A DNA stretch of 64,000 bases, taken from Callorhinchus milii (taxonomy: Eukaryota). Position 1 is the stretch's first letter. Each line of letters begins with the position of its first letter. Where the stretch lies: NCBI RefSeq assembly GCF_018977255.1, contig NW_024704761.1, positions 2,294,001 through 2,358,000 on the forward strand, in the 5' to 3' direction. The translations under genes were made by a program, and so were the position numbers. The notes beneath the pieces are model-generated. The model searched no databases and was not told the DNA's origin. It saw only the letters and a program-made list of their open reading frames with translations. Positions 12,342 to 25,328 of this stretch are shown here, one piece after another.

Positions 12342-13737
12342 TCCTCCCCTCCCGCTGCCCGGAAGCTTCTGGAGGTGTGACCGCGTTTAAAGGGACAGCG
12401 CCGTCACTCGCCCTTAAAGGGGCAGCGACCGCCGCGTCCTCTCGGCTCAACGGCCTCTCACCCACCGACATGAGATGCCAAGAGCCACACACACCCACAC
12501 ACACACACAGAGCCCGGAACCAAACCCCCGCCGCCCCGAGCGATGGGTATTCGCTTCTCAAAAGGGAGAATATTCATTCTTGCTGGAGGCGGGTGGGGCG
12601 ATGGGCGATGGGCGGTGGGCGGTGGTGGTTGGCAGGGGACAGGGGTGGGGGGCGGGGGGCGAGGGGTGTAAGCGGAGGCTCCTCAGAGCTGAACTGGCTC
12701 CAAGGTGACGTTGTTTGGCCACGGATTGCCGGAATCGAGCCAACCGGCCCTCGGCGGAGGTCTCATTAGTCCCGGTTCCTGAGCCGGAAGGGTCCGCAGT
12801 ATTCCAGGGCACTCACTGCTGATGACAGCCCAGCCGCCGGCCCGGCCCATTGGCAGGATCTAGAAGGGCTGACCAGGGAGGGCGGGGAGTCAGCCCGCTC
12901 AGCTCCTGTTGACCCTGCAAGCCAAGCCCTAATGGGTAGGCTGGTCCTTGCTGGACGAGCAGCGGGAGAGCTTGACAGACTGCGCTCTCAATGGCAAGCA
13001 ATGCAGTTTTAGCTGATTGGACTCCAGCAGTTACCCCAACGCACACTCCCGGGTTCCCTAAGCCTTGGCTCTTGCCAACCTGCACCTAATACTCTCTGGA
13101 AATCTGTAAGCAGGATGATTCCCTCCTGAGTTGCAGTTTGGTTATCGGGATAAGTGTTGTCATGGAATTTGGTTGTGGCGGGAAGCTTTGTGGAGGGAGC
13201 GGCTTTGCTGGGAAGAGAGGCCTGGGCTGTTGTGGGCAAACAGCTGGCACACCCGCACCTCCCTAGTTTGAGAACATCTGGCCTAACATGGGGTTGAACC
13301 CCCAACTTTCTAACTCAAGAGGTGAGAGTGCTGCCAACTGAGTCAAGGTTTATAATTTTAACTTACAACGGGGAAGCATTTTATCTTCTGCTCCACTCCT
13401 TTTTTGTGATGTAAGGTAAAATTCATCCATTTGTCCATTCATTCATATTTGTGAATTTAGTTGCTCACAAGCCCCTCAGCAGATAAGCAAAATTGTCACT
13501 TGTATTTTACGCAGTTAGCTCATTGAATGATTGCATTTTACAAAACTGAAAGCATTTATAAATAATAGGCATCTTATTTCAAATTATTGCACAAAAATGT
13601 TTCATAGGGATGTCACTGTACCATTAAAGGAGAAAAAGAAAGTCACTGGAAAGTGTTTACTCAGCACTGAAGAATTGATTTATTTTAAAACAGATAAAGT
13701 TACATCCATAGAGGGTGCGATCTATATCAGGAGACTA

Positions 13738-16519
13738 TTACAGATCACTGATGGGTTTGTGTGGCCAGAAGGGATATTTCTCTTTGTCCAGTTTGGTTTC
13801 AGGGAAAGCCTCATTCAGATCCTCAATAGTCATCTGATCAAATGGAATCATGTTTCTTAATTTTTCCAGCTGAAATAGAAGAAAAGAATATTGAAATGGC
13901 ACAACCAAGTATATTGGTAGATTAAGTTGCCATGGACAACAGGCACTGACTACTTTTTTTTTATGTAAACCTCTCTAGCAAAGACAAGAATGTGTTCCTC
14001 AAAGAGCTGGGACTAGACAGACAAACTATGATGCCCTTTTCTGATCTTGTACACTTGTCACCTGACTCAGTGGTAGCATTCTTGCCTCTGAGTCAGAAGG
14101 TTGTGGGTTCAAGCTCCACATTAGGACTTGGAACTCATATAAATCTATGCTGACACCTCAATGCAGTTCTGGGTGTGTGTTGCATTGCTGGAGATGCCAA
14201 CCTTCGGATGAGACATTAAACCGAGGTTCCATCTGCCATGGTGCGACTCGAAAAGCGAAGGCAGTTTCTCTCTCCTGGTCGACAATTCCAGATAAAATCA
14301 CTCTTTTGCTTCACAGCTGTTTGTGGGACATAATTGTGTGCAAATTGGCTTCCACATTTTACAGTATATTCTATGAAGCACTTTCAGCCGTTCCGCCCAA
14401 CATGAAAGACACTCTACCAATTTGTGAGGATTATTACGAACCTCCAGCAGGGAGAGTTGATGGAGAATAAAAAAATCTCTCTGTACTTAGGCTTTCGCTA
14501 AACTGCTGTTTGGGGAGCATCAGCTATGTTCCCTTACCTCCTTCTCATACCCGACAATCCGCTCCTTGGAAGCCTGGATATAGACTTGAGCACTCTTATT
14601 CTGTTGGATAGAAGGATCACAGTTTAATCACACTGAGCGCCAGTTATGTGAAAGAACTTTTTTTTAAAAAAATCAGACGGTCACAAAGATTTATTACTCA
14701 CTGCCTCTTGTTCCTGAACATTAATCGGCTCAGTGTATTTGTCAACCGGCATTGGAATCTTTAAAGCATTGAACTGTTGGAAGTGGAAAAAACAAAATAA
14801 AACCATCCATAGCACAGTGGGTCAGGTCTGCCAAACTTCTAGTTTTGTACAATTATCTTATGGAGTAGTTTATCAATATTGGTTAGCTTTGTCTGACTAG
14901 GGAATCGGCACCATGAGGTTTATGAGTCAAAATTTGCCAAACAAATGCAGTGCACGCCACTTAATTGCATACCAGATAATTGCATATTCAATTTAAATGC
15001 AGAGCAATTTCTGGACAGATGGCCTCTGTGCATGAGAATTCTCCATCAGAAAATTCACTATTTGTTTGAATGGTATTACACTCCGTTCAAATGCATTTTA
15101 GATAATTTTTGCATAATTCACTTAATGGCATGAAACACAGCTTTCATTCGCACATGAATAATTAGCTCAGATAGAGAATGACAGGAAGAGAACTGGAGTG
15201 GAAGGTATAAGGAGAGGCAACACGAAGAGGGGCAGCAGAGGCAGTGAAAGGAAGGGGGCCCACTAATAAGCTTTGGGTAATTGCAGACTCTGTGTAATCG
15301 CATGACAACTGTCCGGTCCCAACTCCATGCAATTATATGGCGTGCACTGTACACACATCGTTCCAAAATACTGAAAATCCGTTAAGATTTACATAAACAT
15401 TCTGGTAAGATGCACCTGAGCTGCATGCGGCTTAGGAGCAACACCAAAACCTTTCCCCAGTGCTACGAACTGATGTGGGATAGAGAACGAGGAAACTGCC
15501 CAATTGTAAAGGTGCGACTGGTGTTTGTGCAGCAGTCAGAATCCATTACCTTCTTTTCAAAGTCATCCACCAAGCCCGGCTTAGCAACAGCATTCTTGTA
15601 ATAGCTCCAGTCAATGGTAGCTGGCTTCTCAGGTAGGGAGGCCAATCTGTCAGGAAACAGCAACATGAACAACTGAGAGGGGCAACTCTTTTCCCCCTGC
15701 TCCCCAAAACCAGAGAATTTCAAGTATGGAATTCATTTCATAAAAGCTTCTGAGAATTCCAATTTTTCTTGTTATATTTTATTGGCCAATTTAATTTTTT
15801 TTAAAATTGTGGGGCACAATATGGGATATTCATTGGCTGAGTAGGAACTTATCACCCAATAAGACACAAAATACACACAATCATCACTTTACATTGCATC
15901 CTGTGAAGCGCTTTGTGACATCTCAACGTGATAAGGCACTAGATCAAACGCAAGGATAACAACAACTTGCATTTATACAGTGCCTTTTGCGCAGGGTAGT
16001 GTGTCAGAGCATTTAACAGTGGAGGAGGTGTCATCACCTGAAGGCACTGAAAAGAGCCAAAGTCTGGAATTATAATAATGCTTGCATTTGACTTCTCCAA
16101 TATTCTTGCATTAATCTTGTTACCAAGAGGTGAACATATAACATTCACCATCCAGATGCTCCACAGAGAAAATAATATAAGCTCATGCATTGAACTACTG
16201 TCCTACATTTTCACTAAATGATCAGATTCACTGAATACAGCTGTCAGACAGTGATCAACAAAAGAATCCTCAGCCATCAGCAACGCCCTCCCAATGCACT
16301 GCAACTTATATTAAGCAATATTCTGTTACTCAGCATTCAGTTAGCGTACAACAATACACCTGTGCGAGATACGTGCTGAGACATGGGGTCCACTAACCTG
16401 GCTGCCAGGGCATCACTTTTGGTTTTCAGTGCGATAAACATGGCTTTCTGGCCTGGTGGGACTCGCTCAGCAAACGCGAGCCAGTCAATGGCTTTTAGAC
16501 TAACTTTTCTGGCTGACAT
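13738..16519 (-). CDS. ATP5PD: ATP synthase peripheral stalk subunit d, 5 coding exons
   Basis: Exons 16519-16398 ([22 protein letters not shown]), 15646-15550 ([17 protein letters not shown]), 14773-14702 ([14 protein letters not shown]), 14600-14538, 13869-13738 (..[36 protein letters not shown]). Probable non-coding exon 1 donor at ~17288. Confidence 0.97.
14063..14435 (+). mobile_element. Second, older tRNA-headed DeuSINE family (SacSINE1-like); other copies ~6150-6360(-), ~9050-9240(-), ~34800-35250(+), ~57427-57650(+)
   Basis: Head GCTCAGTGGTAGCA..CTGAGTCAGAAGGTTGTGGGTTCAAG, body GGATGAGACATTAAACCGAGG, Deu core. Confidence 0.7.
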
Positions 16520-17279
16520 CTTGAGTCTGCAAGACAGAATATGAATGGCCTTGTTATGCAAATGACATCATTGGTTGTTTGTGGAATCTTGTGCACAAAA
16601 TGTTCGCCTATAAGAATCCTTCCATTTGACATCCCACCACCACCACCACCACAACAACTTACATTTATATACAGTAAACCTCAATAAGTCGTATCAGTTT
16701 TGTGGGCGAAACGCAGCAGCCAATTGCGCACAACAACAACAACAACAACAAGATTACATTTGCATAGCGCGCCTTTCACGTCGGGAGGACGTCCCAAGAC
16801 GTACAGCAGCGTCCCACAAACAGTCGTGGGTTGAGCGGCCAAGCATTACTATCATTACTTTTTATTATTTTTTGAAGGGATTATTACTACTCCCGGGAAA
16901 AGCGATCCGGCCAAACGACTTAACGGCCGGGTTCCGACTTACTGCCGCGTAAACAGAGGCGTGCGGGCGGACTAAGGAAACTTGACCAACGTTTCGTTGC
17001 CCCCACTCTCGCCGGCCCGGGAATCGAACCCGGGTCCTACTCAGTGCCAGTTGCTCCAGTCTCCCCCCCCGGGTGCCGACCCCCGCTGCCCACCCTCCAG
17101 TCACCTTGACAGCTGTCCTCGAGTCCGAGGGGTCAACACCGCGGGGGGGGGGGGCACTGTCTTCCAAACTGCGGCCAATAAAACCGACCGCCTTCGTCAA
17201 CAGATCCCTTCGCTTTGTGGGGCTGTCACGGCACAGAGGGGGTGGGGGTGGGGGGGGTGGGTGTCAGAGGCCGGAGCCG

Positions 17280-17435
17280 CGGCCTTACCTACCGGGGGAG
17301 CGGCCACCGACCGGTGTCTCCTCCTGACCAAGGGCGGCAAGATGGCGGAGCGGAAGCGGAAATGGCTCCGAACGTCCCGCCGGAAGTCGCTCGCGCACGC
17401 GCGCGCGCGCGTGAGTTTCCGCAAATGGCGGCGTG
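17280..17435. promoter_or_regulatory. Bidirectional CpG-island promoter shared by ATP5PD and KCTD2
   Basis: CpG-rich; YY1 (CAAGATGGCGG ~17338, AAATGGCGG ~17423), ETS/GABP (CGGAAG twice) and NRF1-like CGCGCACGCGCG between divergent genes. Confidence 0.8.
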
Positions 17436-20400
17436 ATGGCGGAGCTGGCGAGCTCCGGGACTCCCGGTGGTCACGGACACGGACACGGCTCCTCCCCCTC
17501 CCCCTCCCCCGGGCCCGGGCCCGGCGACAAACCCGCCAACAAGTGGGTGCGGCTCAATGTGGGCGGAACTTACTTCATCAGCACCAAACAGACCCTGTGC
17601 CGCGACCCCAAGTCCTTCCTGGGCCGACTGTGCCAGGAGGACCCGGACCTGGCCTCCGACAAGGTACCCCTCCCCCTACTGCCCCTCCCTCACCCCTCCC
17701 CCCACTGCCCCTCCCTCACCCCTCCCCCCCTCCCCTCCCTCACCCCTCCCCCCTGCCCCCACTCCCTCCCTCCCCTCCCACACCTCCCCACTCCCCTCCC
17801 TCACCCTCCCCCACTGCCCCCCCTCACCCCTCCCCTCACTCCCCCTCCCTCACCCTCCCCCACTCCGTCCCTCACCCTCCCCCCACTGCCCTCCCCCCTC
17901 CCCCACTGCCCCTCCCTCACCCTCCCCCACTCCCCCCCTCCCCCTCCCCCCACTGCCCCTCCCTCATCCCTCCACCCACTCCCCTCCCTCCCCCCACTGC
18001 CCTCCCCTCACTCCCCTCCCTCACCCCTCCCCCCACTGCCCCCCTCACCCCTCCCCCACTGCCCCTCCCTCACCCCCCCCTCCCCCACTGCCCCTCCCTC
18101 GCCCTCCCCCACTGCCCCTCCCTCACCCCTCCCCCACTCCCCTCCCTCACCCCTCCCCCCACTGCCCCTCCCTCGCCCCTCCCCCCTGCCCCTCCCTCAC
18201 CCCTCCCCCCACTCCCCTCCCTCACCCCTCCCCCCACTGCCCCTCCCTCGCCCCTCCCCCCTGCCCCTCCCTCACTCCTCCCCCCACTGCCCCTCCCTCA
18301 CTCCTCCCCCACTGCCCCTCCCTCACCCCTCCCCCACTCCCGTCCCTCACCCCTCCCCCACTGCCCCTCCCCCTCCCCCCACTTCCCCTCCCTCATCCCT
18401 CCACCCACTCCCCTCCCTCCCCCCTCCCCCACTGCCCCTCCCTCCCCCCTCCCCCCCACTGCCCCTCCCTCACCCCTCCCCCCACTGCCCTCCCTCCCCC
18501 CACTGCCCCTCCCTCACCCCTCCCCCCACTGCCCCTCCCTCACCCCTCCCCCCACTGCCCCTCCCTCACCCCCCCTCTCACTCCCCTCCCTCACCCCTCC
18601 CCCACTGCCCCTCCCTCACCCCTCCCCCACTGCCCCTCCCTCATCCCCCACCCACTCCCCTCCCTCCCCCCACTGCCCCTCCCTCCCCCCTCCCCCACTG
18701 CCCCTCCCTCACCCCTCCTCCCACTGCCCTTCCCTCCCTCTTTTTTTTCTCTTGTGGTTTATTCTGTTTTCATGTATTTTCAGGATGACACCGGTGCCTA
18801 TCTCATAGACCGAGACCCAACATATTTTGGGCCAATCCTAAACTACCTGCGACATGGGAAACTGATCATTAACAAGGACTTGGCTGAGGAGGGTGAGAGC
18901 TGAAACCTGCTCCAAGTGTTCAAATGTAACCCCAACACACATTGACATGGACTTGCATTAGAAAATTGACGTGCACTTGGATAAGAATGGTAACCCAGAC
19001 TGGTGAGAGCATTAACACGGACCTGTGATAGACTCAATCATTAACCCTGACACGGATTGGATGATTAGGCATGTTGTGGACTACAACATTAAGCTTGACA
19101 ATGACGCCCCCGCTTGATGGTTCAGCAAGCTTATCCTGATTCCCCCCCCTCCTCCCGCCAGCTCGGTTCCAAATCCCTGACTGTCCAGCGCCTTGGGACG
19201 TCCTGATGTGAAAGGCGCTATACAAATGCAATATGTTGTGAACATTTGTCTGAATATATCTGTCACTGGAATATTCTGAACAGTATGAACACATTTTTGA
19301 AACAGTGCCTGTCCTCCAGGCTTGCTGATGTCTCCTGCTTCTTGGTTTGTTTAGGATTGCCTGCCTACAATGTAAGAGAACTGGTTTCAGAGAGAGAAGT
19401 TCATCCCACAAGACTGTGTCAGGACTCTTAATGTTTGGCGTAGGAAATCATTCAGCTTAGTATTTAGCTGCTGCGGAGAACATCATGCAAGTTCCAAAGC
19501 TATACAGTGGTTTACCTGCATGAGTTGAATGTTTGATGGAGATGTGGTAGAAATTATTTCAGGATTTGGATTTATCCAGAAACTTGAGAAAAGGAGACAA
19601 CAAACAACTTCCTTCTTGAGAGGAAGCATTCCGTGAAATACTCTGAGACGTTAGCTCACATGAAGGACACTATAATAAATGCAAATGTTGTTGAAAGGCT
19701 TACAGGGTAACTTGACACAACCAGTCATTGCCACCATTTGCTTTAATTGCTAGAACATTGGAGCGAAAGATGGAGAAGGTGTCGTATTTCCAACTAAATT
19801 GGATTCAAGGTTACAGTTCATGGGCTGAAAATCAGAGGTTGCCAGGAGTTTGCATCCAGAAGGTTCAGACAAATATTTAAGATTATGTACTGATGTTTCT
19901 GTTTTCCCAGGAGTACTAGAGGAGGCAGAGTTCTACAACATCGTCTCACTCGTTCGATTAGTCAAGGAACGAATCCGAGACCTTGAGAACAGAACCTCAC
20001 AGGTAATTTGCTCTTGTATTCCAATGCCTCCGGTTTCATTATGAGGGCTTCAGGAAGCACTAGGTTGAACGTCTTTGTAATTATTAGTGCACTAGCATTT
20101 GCCTTCAAAATACAAAGTCATGACTTTACAGTAAATCATGTGAAGTACTTTAAGACTTCATCCCGATGCCAGCATTTTTATTATTGTAGTGATGTCACTG
20201 CAATGATGGAAGGCAGGATTGTACAAGCACGTTTGTATTTGATTCTGTATTGCTATGATTACCATTAGTCTCTGACTGAGGGCGTTTCCGCTTGTTTTAT
20301 TCAATGATAAGATTTTTTTAGTGTGTTAAAAGTGTAAATGTTTACTCCGCAGGGTCCAGTCAAACATGTTTACCGTGTGCTGCAGTGCCAGGAAGAGGAG

Positions 20401-21522
20401 CTTACCCAGATGGTCTCCACAATGTCAGATGGTTGGAAATTTGAACAGGTATGTTGCCTTCTTTCTCACACAATGTAATTCACTCATTATTAAAGTAGAG
20501 AAGTCTTCCCTTTGTCAACCTGAAGGCCCGATTATGAGCATTGATGCAAAACTATTGTCATCATGTAATGAATTGCACCTTGTTTGTATGTGTGTGTCAG
20601 CCTTTTTCTTTCGACTGGGGCACGGTGGGATACACAGGCTCCCTCTGGTACATTTCCCAAGTGGCATAACTCACGTGTAAGCATTGACAATGAGTGTTGC
20701 CCATCTGGGTATTTGTCTGTGGGGATGTTGTAGCCAATTTTGTCGTCACCGGAGCACACAGATAGTCTGTAACCACCTCTTGAGAATACTAAGCAGAACC
20801 CATCACCAGTCACAATAAAGCATCATTGTGTTGGTCCTATTACCAGTCCATGGCTGATCTCAAAGGTTATAACAATAATCTTTACATTTGATAGAGCACC
20901 TTATCACGTCTTAGGGACGTCTTGCGCACTTTGTTGAGCTTCATTTCCAAGTATTTGTATTCTCATTTAAATGATTTTGTGTTGTTTCAGCTCATTAGCA
21001 TTGGATCCTCATATAACTATGGCAATGAAGATCAGGCTGAATTCCTCTGTGTCGTCTCCAGGGAGCTGAATAACTCAACCAATGGGATTGTCATCGAGCC
21101 TAGTGAAAAAGCCAAGGTATTTTCTTGTGCTCTCCACTGATTGCTCAAACTCTCTCTCTCTCTATCTCATGCTCTTGTTTACACCCTCTGTCTCCCACGT
21201 AACAATCTCCAAACTTCCATTAGGACTTTAATCTTTTGAAGAGACTGGTCGGGTACTCCTCTCAGCATCTTTTAGGTATGAACTGAGTGTAACTTGCATA
21301 TAATAGTCATCAATAGCCTAAGAAATGGTTCATTAGCTTTGGTTTGCAAAAGTGGCTTTATAACAGAACATATCTGACATTGCTTGTGTACAATTGTAGA
21401 ATAAGCTAGGGATTCAACACAAAATATTAATTGTGTGATGTGTGATTCAAGTGAACACGTTTACAAATGCTGATTGCTTTCTTTTTCAACAGATTCTCCA
21501 AGAGCGAGGCTCCAGGATGTGA
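17436..21522 (+). CDS. KCTD2: BTB/POZ domain protein KCTD2, 6 coding exons
   Basis: Exons 17436-17663 (..[26 protein letters not shown]), 18784-18892 ([27 protein letters not shown]), 19911-20002, 20353-20448 ([28 protein letters not shown]), 20991-21116, 21493-21522 (ILQERGSRM*). AATAAA at 22081. The head-to-head arrangement with ATP5PD favours KCTD2 over KCTD5/17. Confidence 0.95.
17664..18740. repeat. C-rich minisatellite (unit ~CCCTCCCTCACCCCTCCCCCCACTGC) filling KCTD2 intron 1
   Basis: About 1.07 kb of degenerate tandem units between the exon 1 donor and the exon 2 polypyrimidine tract. Confidence 0.92.
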
Positions 21523-22699
21523 ATTCCCTGGAGCGGAATCAGTGTTTACATTCCATCCCTTGAGGAGAAGTTACCTTCTGTCAGAGACAACCAATGTTTG
21601 CTCCACTCCAATGTCAGTCAGCCTTCAGACAGCTCTCAAACCACTGGGAGTAATTAACTAAGGAATCTTAACTTCTCTGCCTTTCAGTTGAGGCCTGAGG
21701 AAGACGGCACAACACTTACTTAATATTTTGAAATTAATTGTAAAGCTGCCAAATTTCCTGTTTGTGTATTAAAACGACGCATTTAAATGCCTTCACTAGA
21801 CTTGCGTGTTTGGCTTTTGCCTCACCGATTGGGAAAGCAGAAGCGTGGTCTGTCGTGTCATTGACGCGAGACAAAGTGTTTGATGTGAGAATTCCTTTTC
21901 GTGCTTTAGTGCTCTCTGTGCATGATTTCTTTGGTTGCTGTGATGTAATTATTAGGTAAACTCTTATTTAAATGAAGTGCTGGAATTGTGGTTGATGTGA
22001 GTTTTGATCATTTGTTTCTAGTCATTGTTTAAGATGTGATGTAACGATTCCACCACTTTACAGACTTTCCCCCAACTGATAATAAAAGCGTGGTTGGTTC
22101 CTGCACACACGAGAATGTGGCTGAATGCGCTCTGGCTTTATTTTGCTTGTTCACATTGGATTAAACATATCTTTTAATGTTTCTATTATCTGAAGTCTTT
22201 GTGCGTGAAGCAAACGGCGTTCATCACAACATAAAAATGTCATGTCGTTTACACTGAAGACATTTACACCGTCAGTCACGGCATTCGTGTCCTGGCTACC
22301 GCCCCCCCACCTGAGCTACTTTACCCCATAATGCCCCCACGCCTGTCCTTGACGCTGCATTACTAAGTCTCAAGAGCCTCCTCTTCGACTGCCTTCGGCC
22401 ACCCAACTGCCCTCCACCCCTCCTCATGCCAACCCCCTGGGAAGTTGAAGTATTCACCTTTTTCTGTCTGGTGCTGATTGCTCGCTGCAACTTGTCCAAT
22501 TGGCTGCTGCCTCAGCCTACACAACACAGTCACTACACTACACTTTGTAGTAAATGCTGTGAAGTACTTTTGAGACGTGCTGCTGGTACGGAAGGTGCTT
22601 CAGGCCGGACAGGTCACTGCTCACTGTGGCCGCCCAGCAAACATCACACTGTCTGCACCCACAGCAGAGCTGCATTACAGCACTCAGATGTCCAGGAAT

Positions 22700-23035
22700 A
22701 AATGGGGGAAGTGTGGGGGGAGGGGGGGAATGTGTATGGGGGTGTGTGTATGGAGGGGTGTGCATGTATGTGTGGGGGAGTGTGTGGGGGGGGGGGAGTG
22801 TGTGTGGGGGGGGAGTGGGTGTGTGGGGGGGAGTGGGAGTGTGTGGGGGGGGGGGGGAGTGTGTGTGGGGGGGAGTGTGTGGGGGGGGAGTGGGAGTGTG
22901 TGTGGGGGGGAGTGTGTGTGTGTGGGGGAGTGGGAGTGTGTGTGTGTGGGGGAGTGTGTGTGTGTGGGCGGAGCGTGTGTTTGTGGGCGGAGCGTGTGTT
23001 TGTGGGCGGAGCGTGTGTTTGTGGGCGTGGCTGCG
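22700..23035. repeat. G/T-rich tandem repeat ending in three GTGGGCGGAGCGTGTGTTT units
   Basis: Seen directly, upstream of the tRNA gene. Confidence 0.85.
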
Positions 23036-23117
23036 ATCGGCCTTGGGGGGGGCGGGGCCTGGGCGGGTGACGCTGACGGTAGGGGTGTAAGTGCGGCTGC
23101 GCGGCTGCTGGCAGCGA

Positions 23118-23190
23118 GACCGCGTGGCCTAATGGATAAGGCGTCCGACTTCGGATCGGAAGATTGAGGGTTCGAGTCCCTTCGTGGTCG
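23118..23190 (+). tRNA. tRNA-Arg(TCG), intronless, 73 nt
   Basis: GACCGCG/CGTGGTC acceptor stem, A box TGGCCTAATGG, anticodon arm TCCGA-CTTCGGA-TCGGA, B box GGTTCGAGTCC, oligo-T terminator ~23207-23214. Confidence 0.97.
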
Positions 23191-23584
23191 CAGCGTTGTG
23201 TGTGTATTTTTTTTCTTGTTCTCTGCTGCCCCCCACACACACACACACACACAGAGAGAGAGAGAATATTTTTTAAAAAAAGACAAGTATATCGTTTCAG
23301 TATTTTTATTACTAATTGTCAAGCGCAGCGTATTTTACTGACGGTTCGGGAACCCGCACCGGGACCTCGATTCTGCTCCTCTTCTTCCCGACGTCCCGCC
23401 TCCAGGCGACATGGCCGGCGCCGCCCGGTCGGGCTCTCGGCACCGCCGCGTTTCCGCTCATCCGTCGCGAGAATAACCCTTTGCGTTTGACGCAGCGCCG
23501 CGTCACGGCTTCCGGGACGGCTCGAAGCCCTTCGCCGGGTACGCTGTAAAGTGTGTATACTGCACGGCTGTTTGCGGGGCATTG

Positions 23585-23850
23585 AATTCCCGGCAGAGGG
23601 CGAGACCTCGGGCAAGTTTCCTTACTCCGCACAGAGCCTAATAACAATCCCTCCAAAACCAAAACAATAATAAATTGGTCATTTTCAATCCACGACTGTT
23701 TGTGGGACATTGCTGTGCGCAATTGGCTGCCGCGTTCGCCCACAAATATACAGTCAATTCACTTTACAGTGTGTTCTGTGAAGCGCTTTGGGACGTCCTC
23801 CCGACGTGAAAAGCGCTATATCAAATGCAAGGATTATTATTATTATTATT
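23585..23850 (+). mobile_element. Deu-domain SINE, internally deleted subfamily
   Basis: Deu core TGTGGGACATTGCTGTGCGCAATTGGCTGCC, L2-like tail GTGAAAAGCGCTATATCAAATGCAAG and (ATT)n. Confidence 0.8.
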
Positions 23851-25328
23851 ATATTGCTTGGCCTACATTGGCCGCTTTGCAAATGCGGTCACTGCAGTTC
23901 ACGAGGGGTACGCTGCGAAATTGCTTCGAGCGCCTCGGATGAGCGCAAACCCCTTCGCCGCCAAATGTCGACAAGAACGGAAGTCAACCAATAAATACAT
24001 ACTCCTCGGCTCGTGTCCACAACGCCTTCTGTCCTGCGGACCTGACCTCGTCAACACCCCTCCACCCCCTCGCAACCACCAGCAGAGCTTATTCACGAAC
24101 AGCTGGCGTCGGAAAATGCCGGTACCAGCGTTGTACTTACGCTTTGGCGGGAATGCCGGCTTCCCAGACCGGATCCCTCCCCCATTTGTCTGGCAGCTGC
24201 GGTTTTAGTGCAATTTACTGGTAATCGATACAACCTATTCACTATATTGAGTGCAGGTCTGAGCCCTCAGTAGGTGATGGTAGGTACCAGCAACTCCCTG
24301 GTGGGAAACGCAGCTCAGCACGAAGTGCGTGAGAGCATTGCCACCGTCTTCCTGCCCACAGCTCGGGCGCACGTTCCCTTCCCGCTGATCGATGTTTCCA
24401 CCAGTTTGAGGTGTGGAGCTTGGGCAGCAGCTGCAAACCAATCAAGGTGGATTCCCGTGTCGGCCAGAGCCCTCCCTCCCTGCAGCCGCTTCCCATTTAC
24501 CACAAATCCACCTCACTGCTTGACAAATGGGCTGGAGGCAGCATCTGGCCTCCTCCTCGTCCCCCCCCCGAGTCCTCCACTTCACCCTCGGCGGCCGTGC
24601 CTTCAGCCACTACGCCCCGAGGATCTGGAACTCCCTCCCTCACTCCCTTTCGTCTCGCCCCCTCTCATCCTACTTTCAGGTCCCTACAGAAAACCTTTCT
24701 TTTCGACCGCGCCTTTGGTCACCTTACTCCCCCTCCCCCCGGCTCGGCCCCGGGATCCGTTACTGTGAAGCGCTCTAAGACACCGTCCGGCGTGGAGAGC
24801 GCTGTATAATCCAAGTTGTTGTTGTTGTCTCCACTGGATCCCAGGAGCTCAGAATCATGAAGGAGAAATGTTTGAATACAAGTCTTATTACCGCCCCCAC
24901 CCCGATTAACCTGCTTAGGGACCTTGTTGTTCTTGAAGAGAGACGAGAACGACCAGGTGTATCTGCATACCTTATATGTATCATGCTGCAGGAGCTACCG
25001 AACCCAAGGATTATTATTGTACCTGGTTCTGGGGAGAGAGTGCACATTCACTTCCATGTGTAGGTGGCAAACATATGTGGACTCTCAGCCTGGTTTGGAC
25101 ATGATTAAAACACAGTGGTGGGTGTGTTTGTTGGGACACCTGATGACCGAATAAAGTCCTTGAATGACAGGATCCATGTCAATCACACTGATAAATACCT
25201 TTTATGACACATTAAAGTATACAACAACAACATGGCTCATCAGAGATTTACATGAACTTTAGTAATCCTCTTTGTTCTGTAGGAAAGGCCAATTGAAGGG
25301 AAGAGTTTTTCCTCGTGCCTTGGTCTCT

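Noticed and set aside
11344-12561. Overlapping Pro-, Gly- and THS-repeat ORFs
   Set aside because: Translations of simple repeats in WBP2 intron 1; only 12341-12304 is coding.
16982-18903. 608, 451 and 478 aa proline-rich ORFs
   Set aside because: Read-through of the stop-free C-rich minisatellite in KCTD2 intron 1; canonical splice sites bracket it.
22538-23322. Cys/Val/Gly- and His/Thr/Pro-rich ORFs
   Set aside because: G/T tandem repeat plus antisense reading of the tRNA gene.
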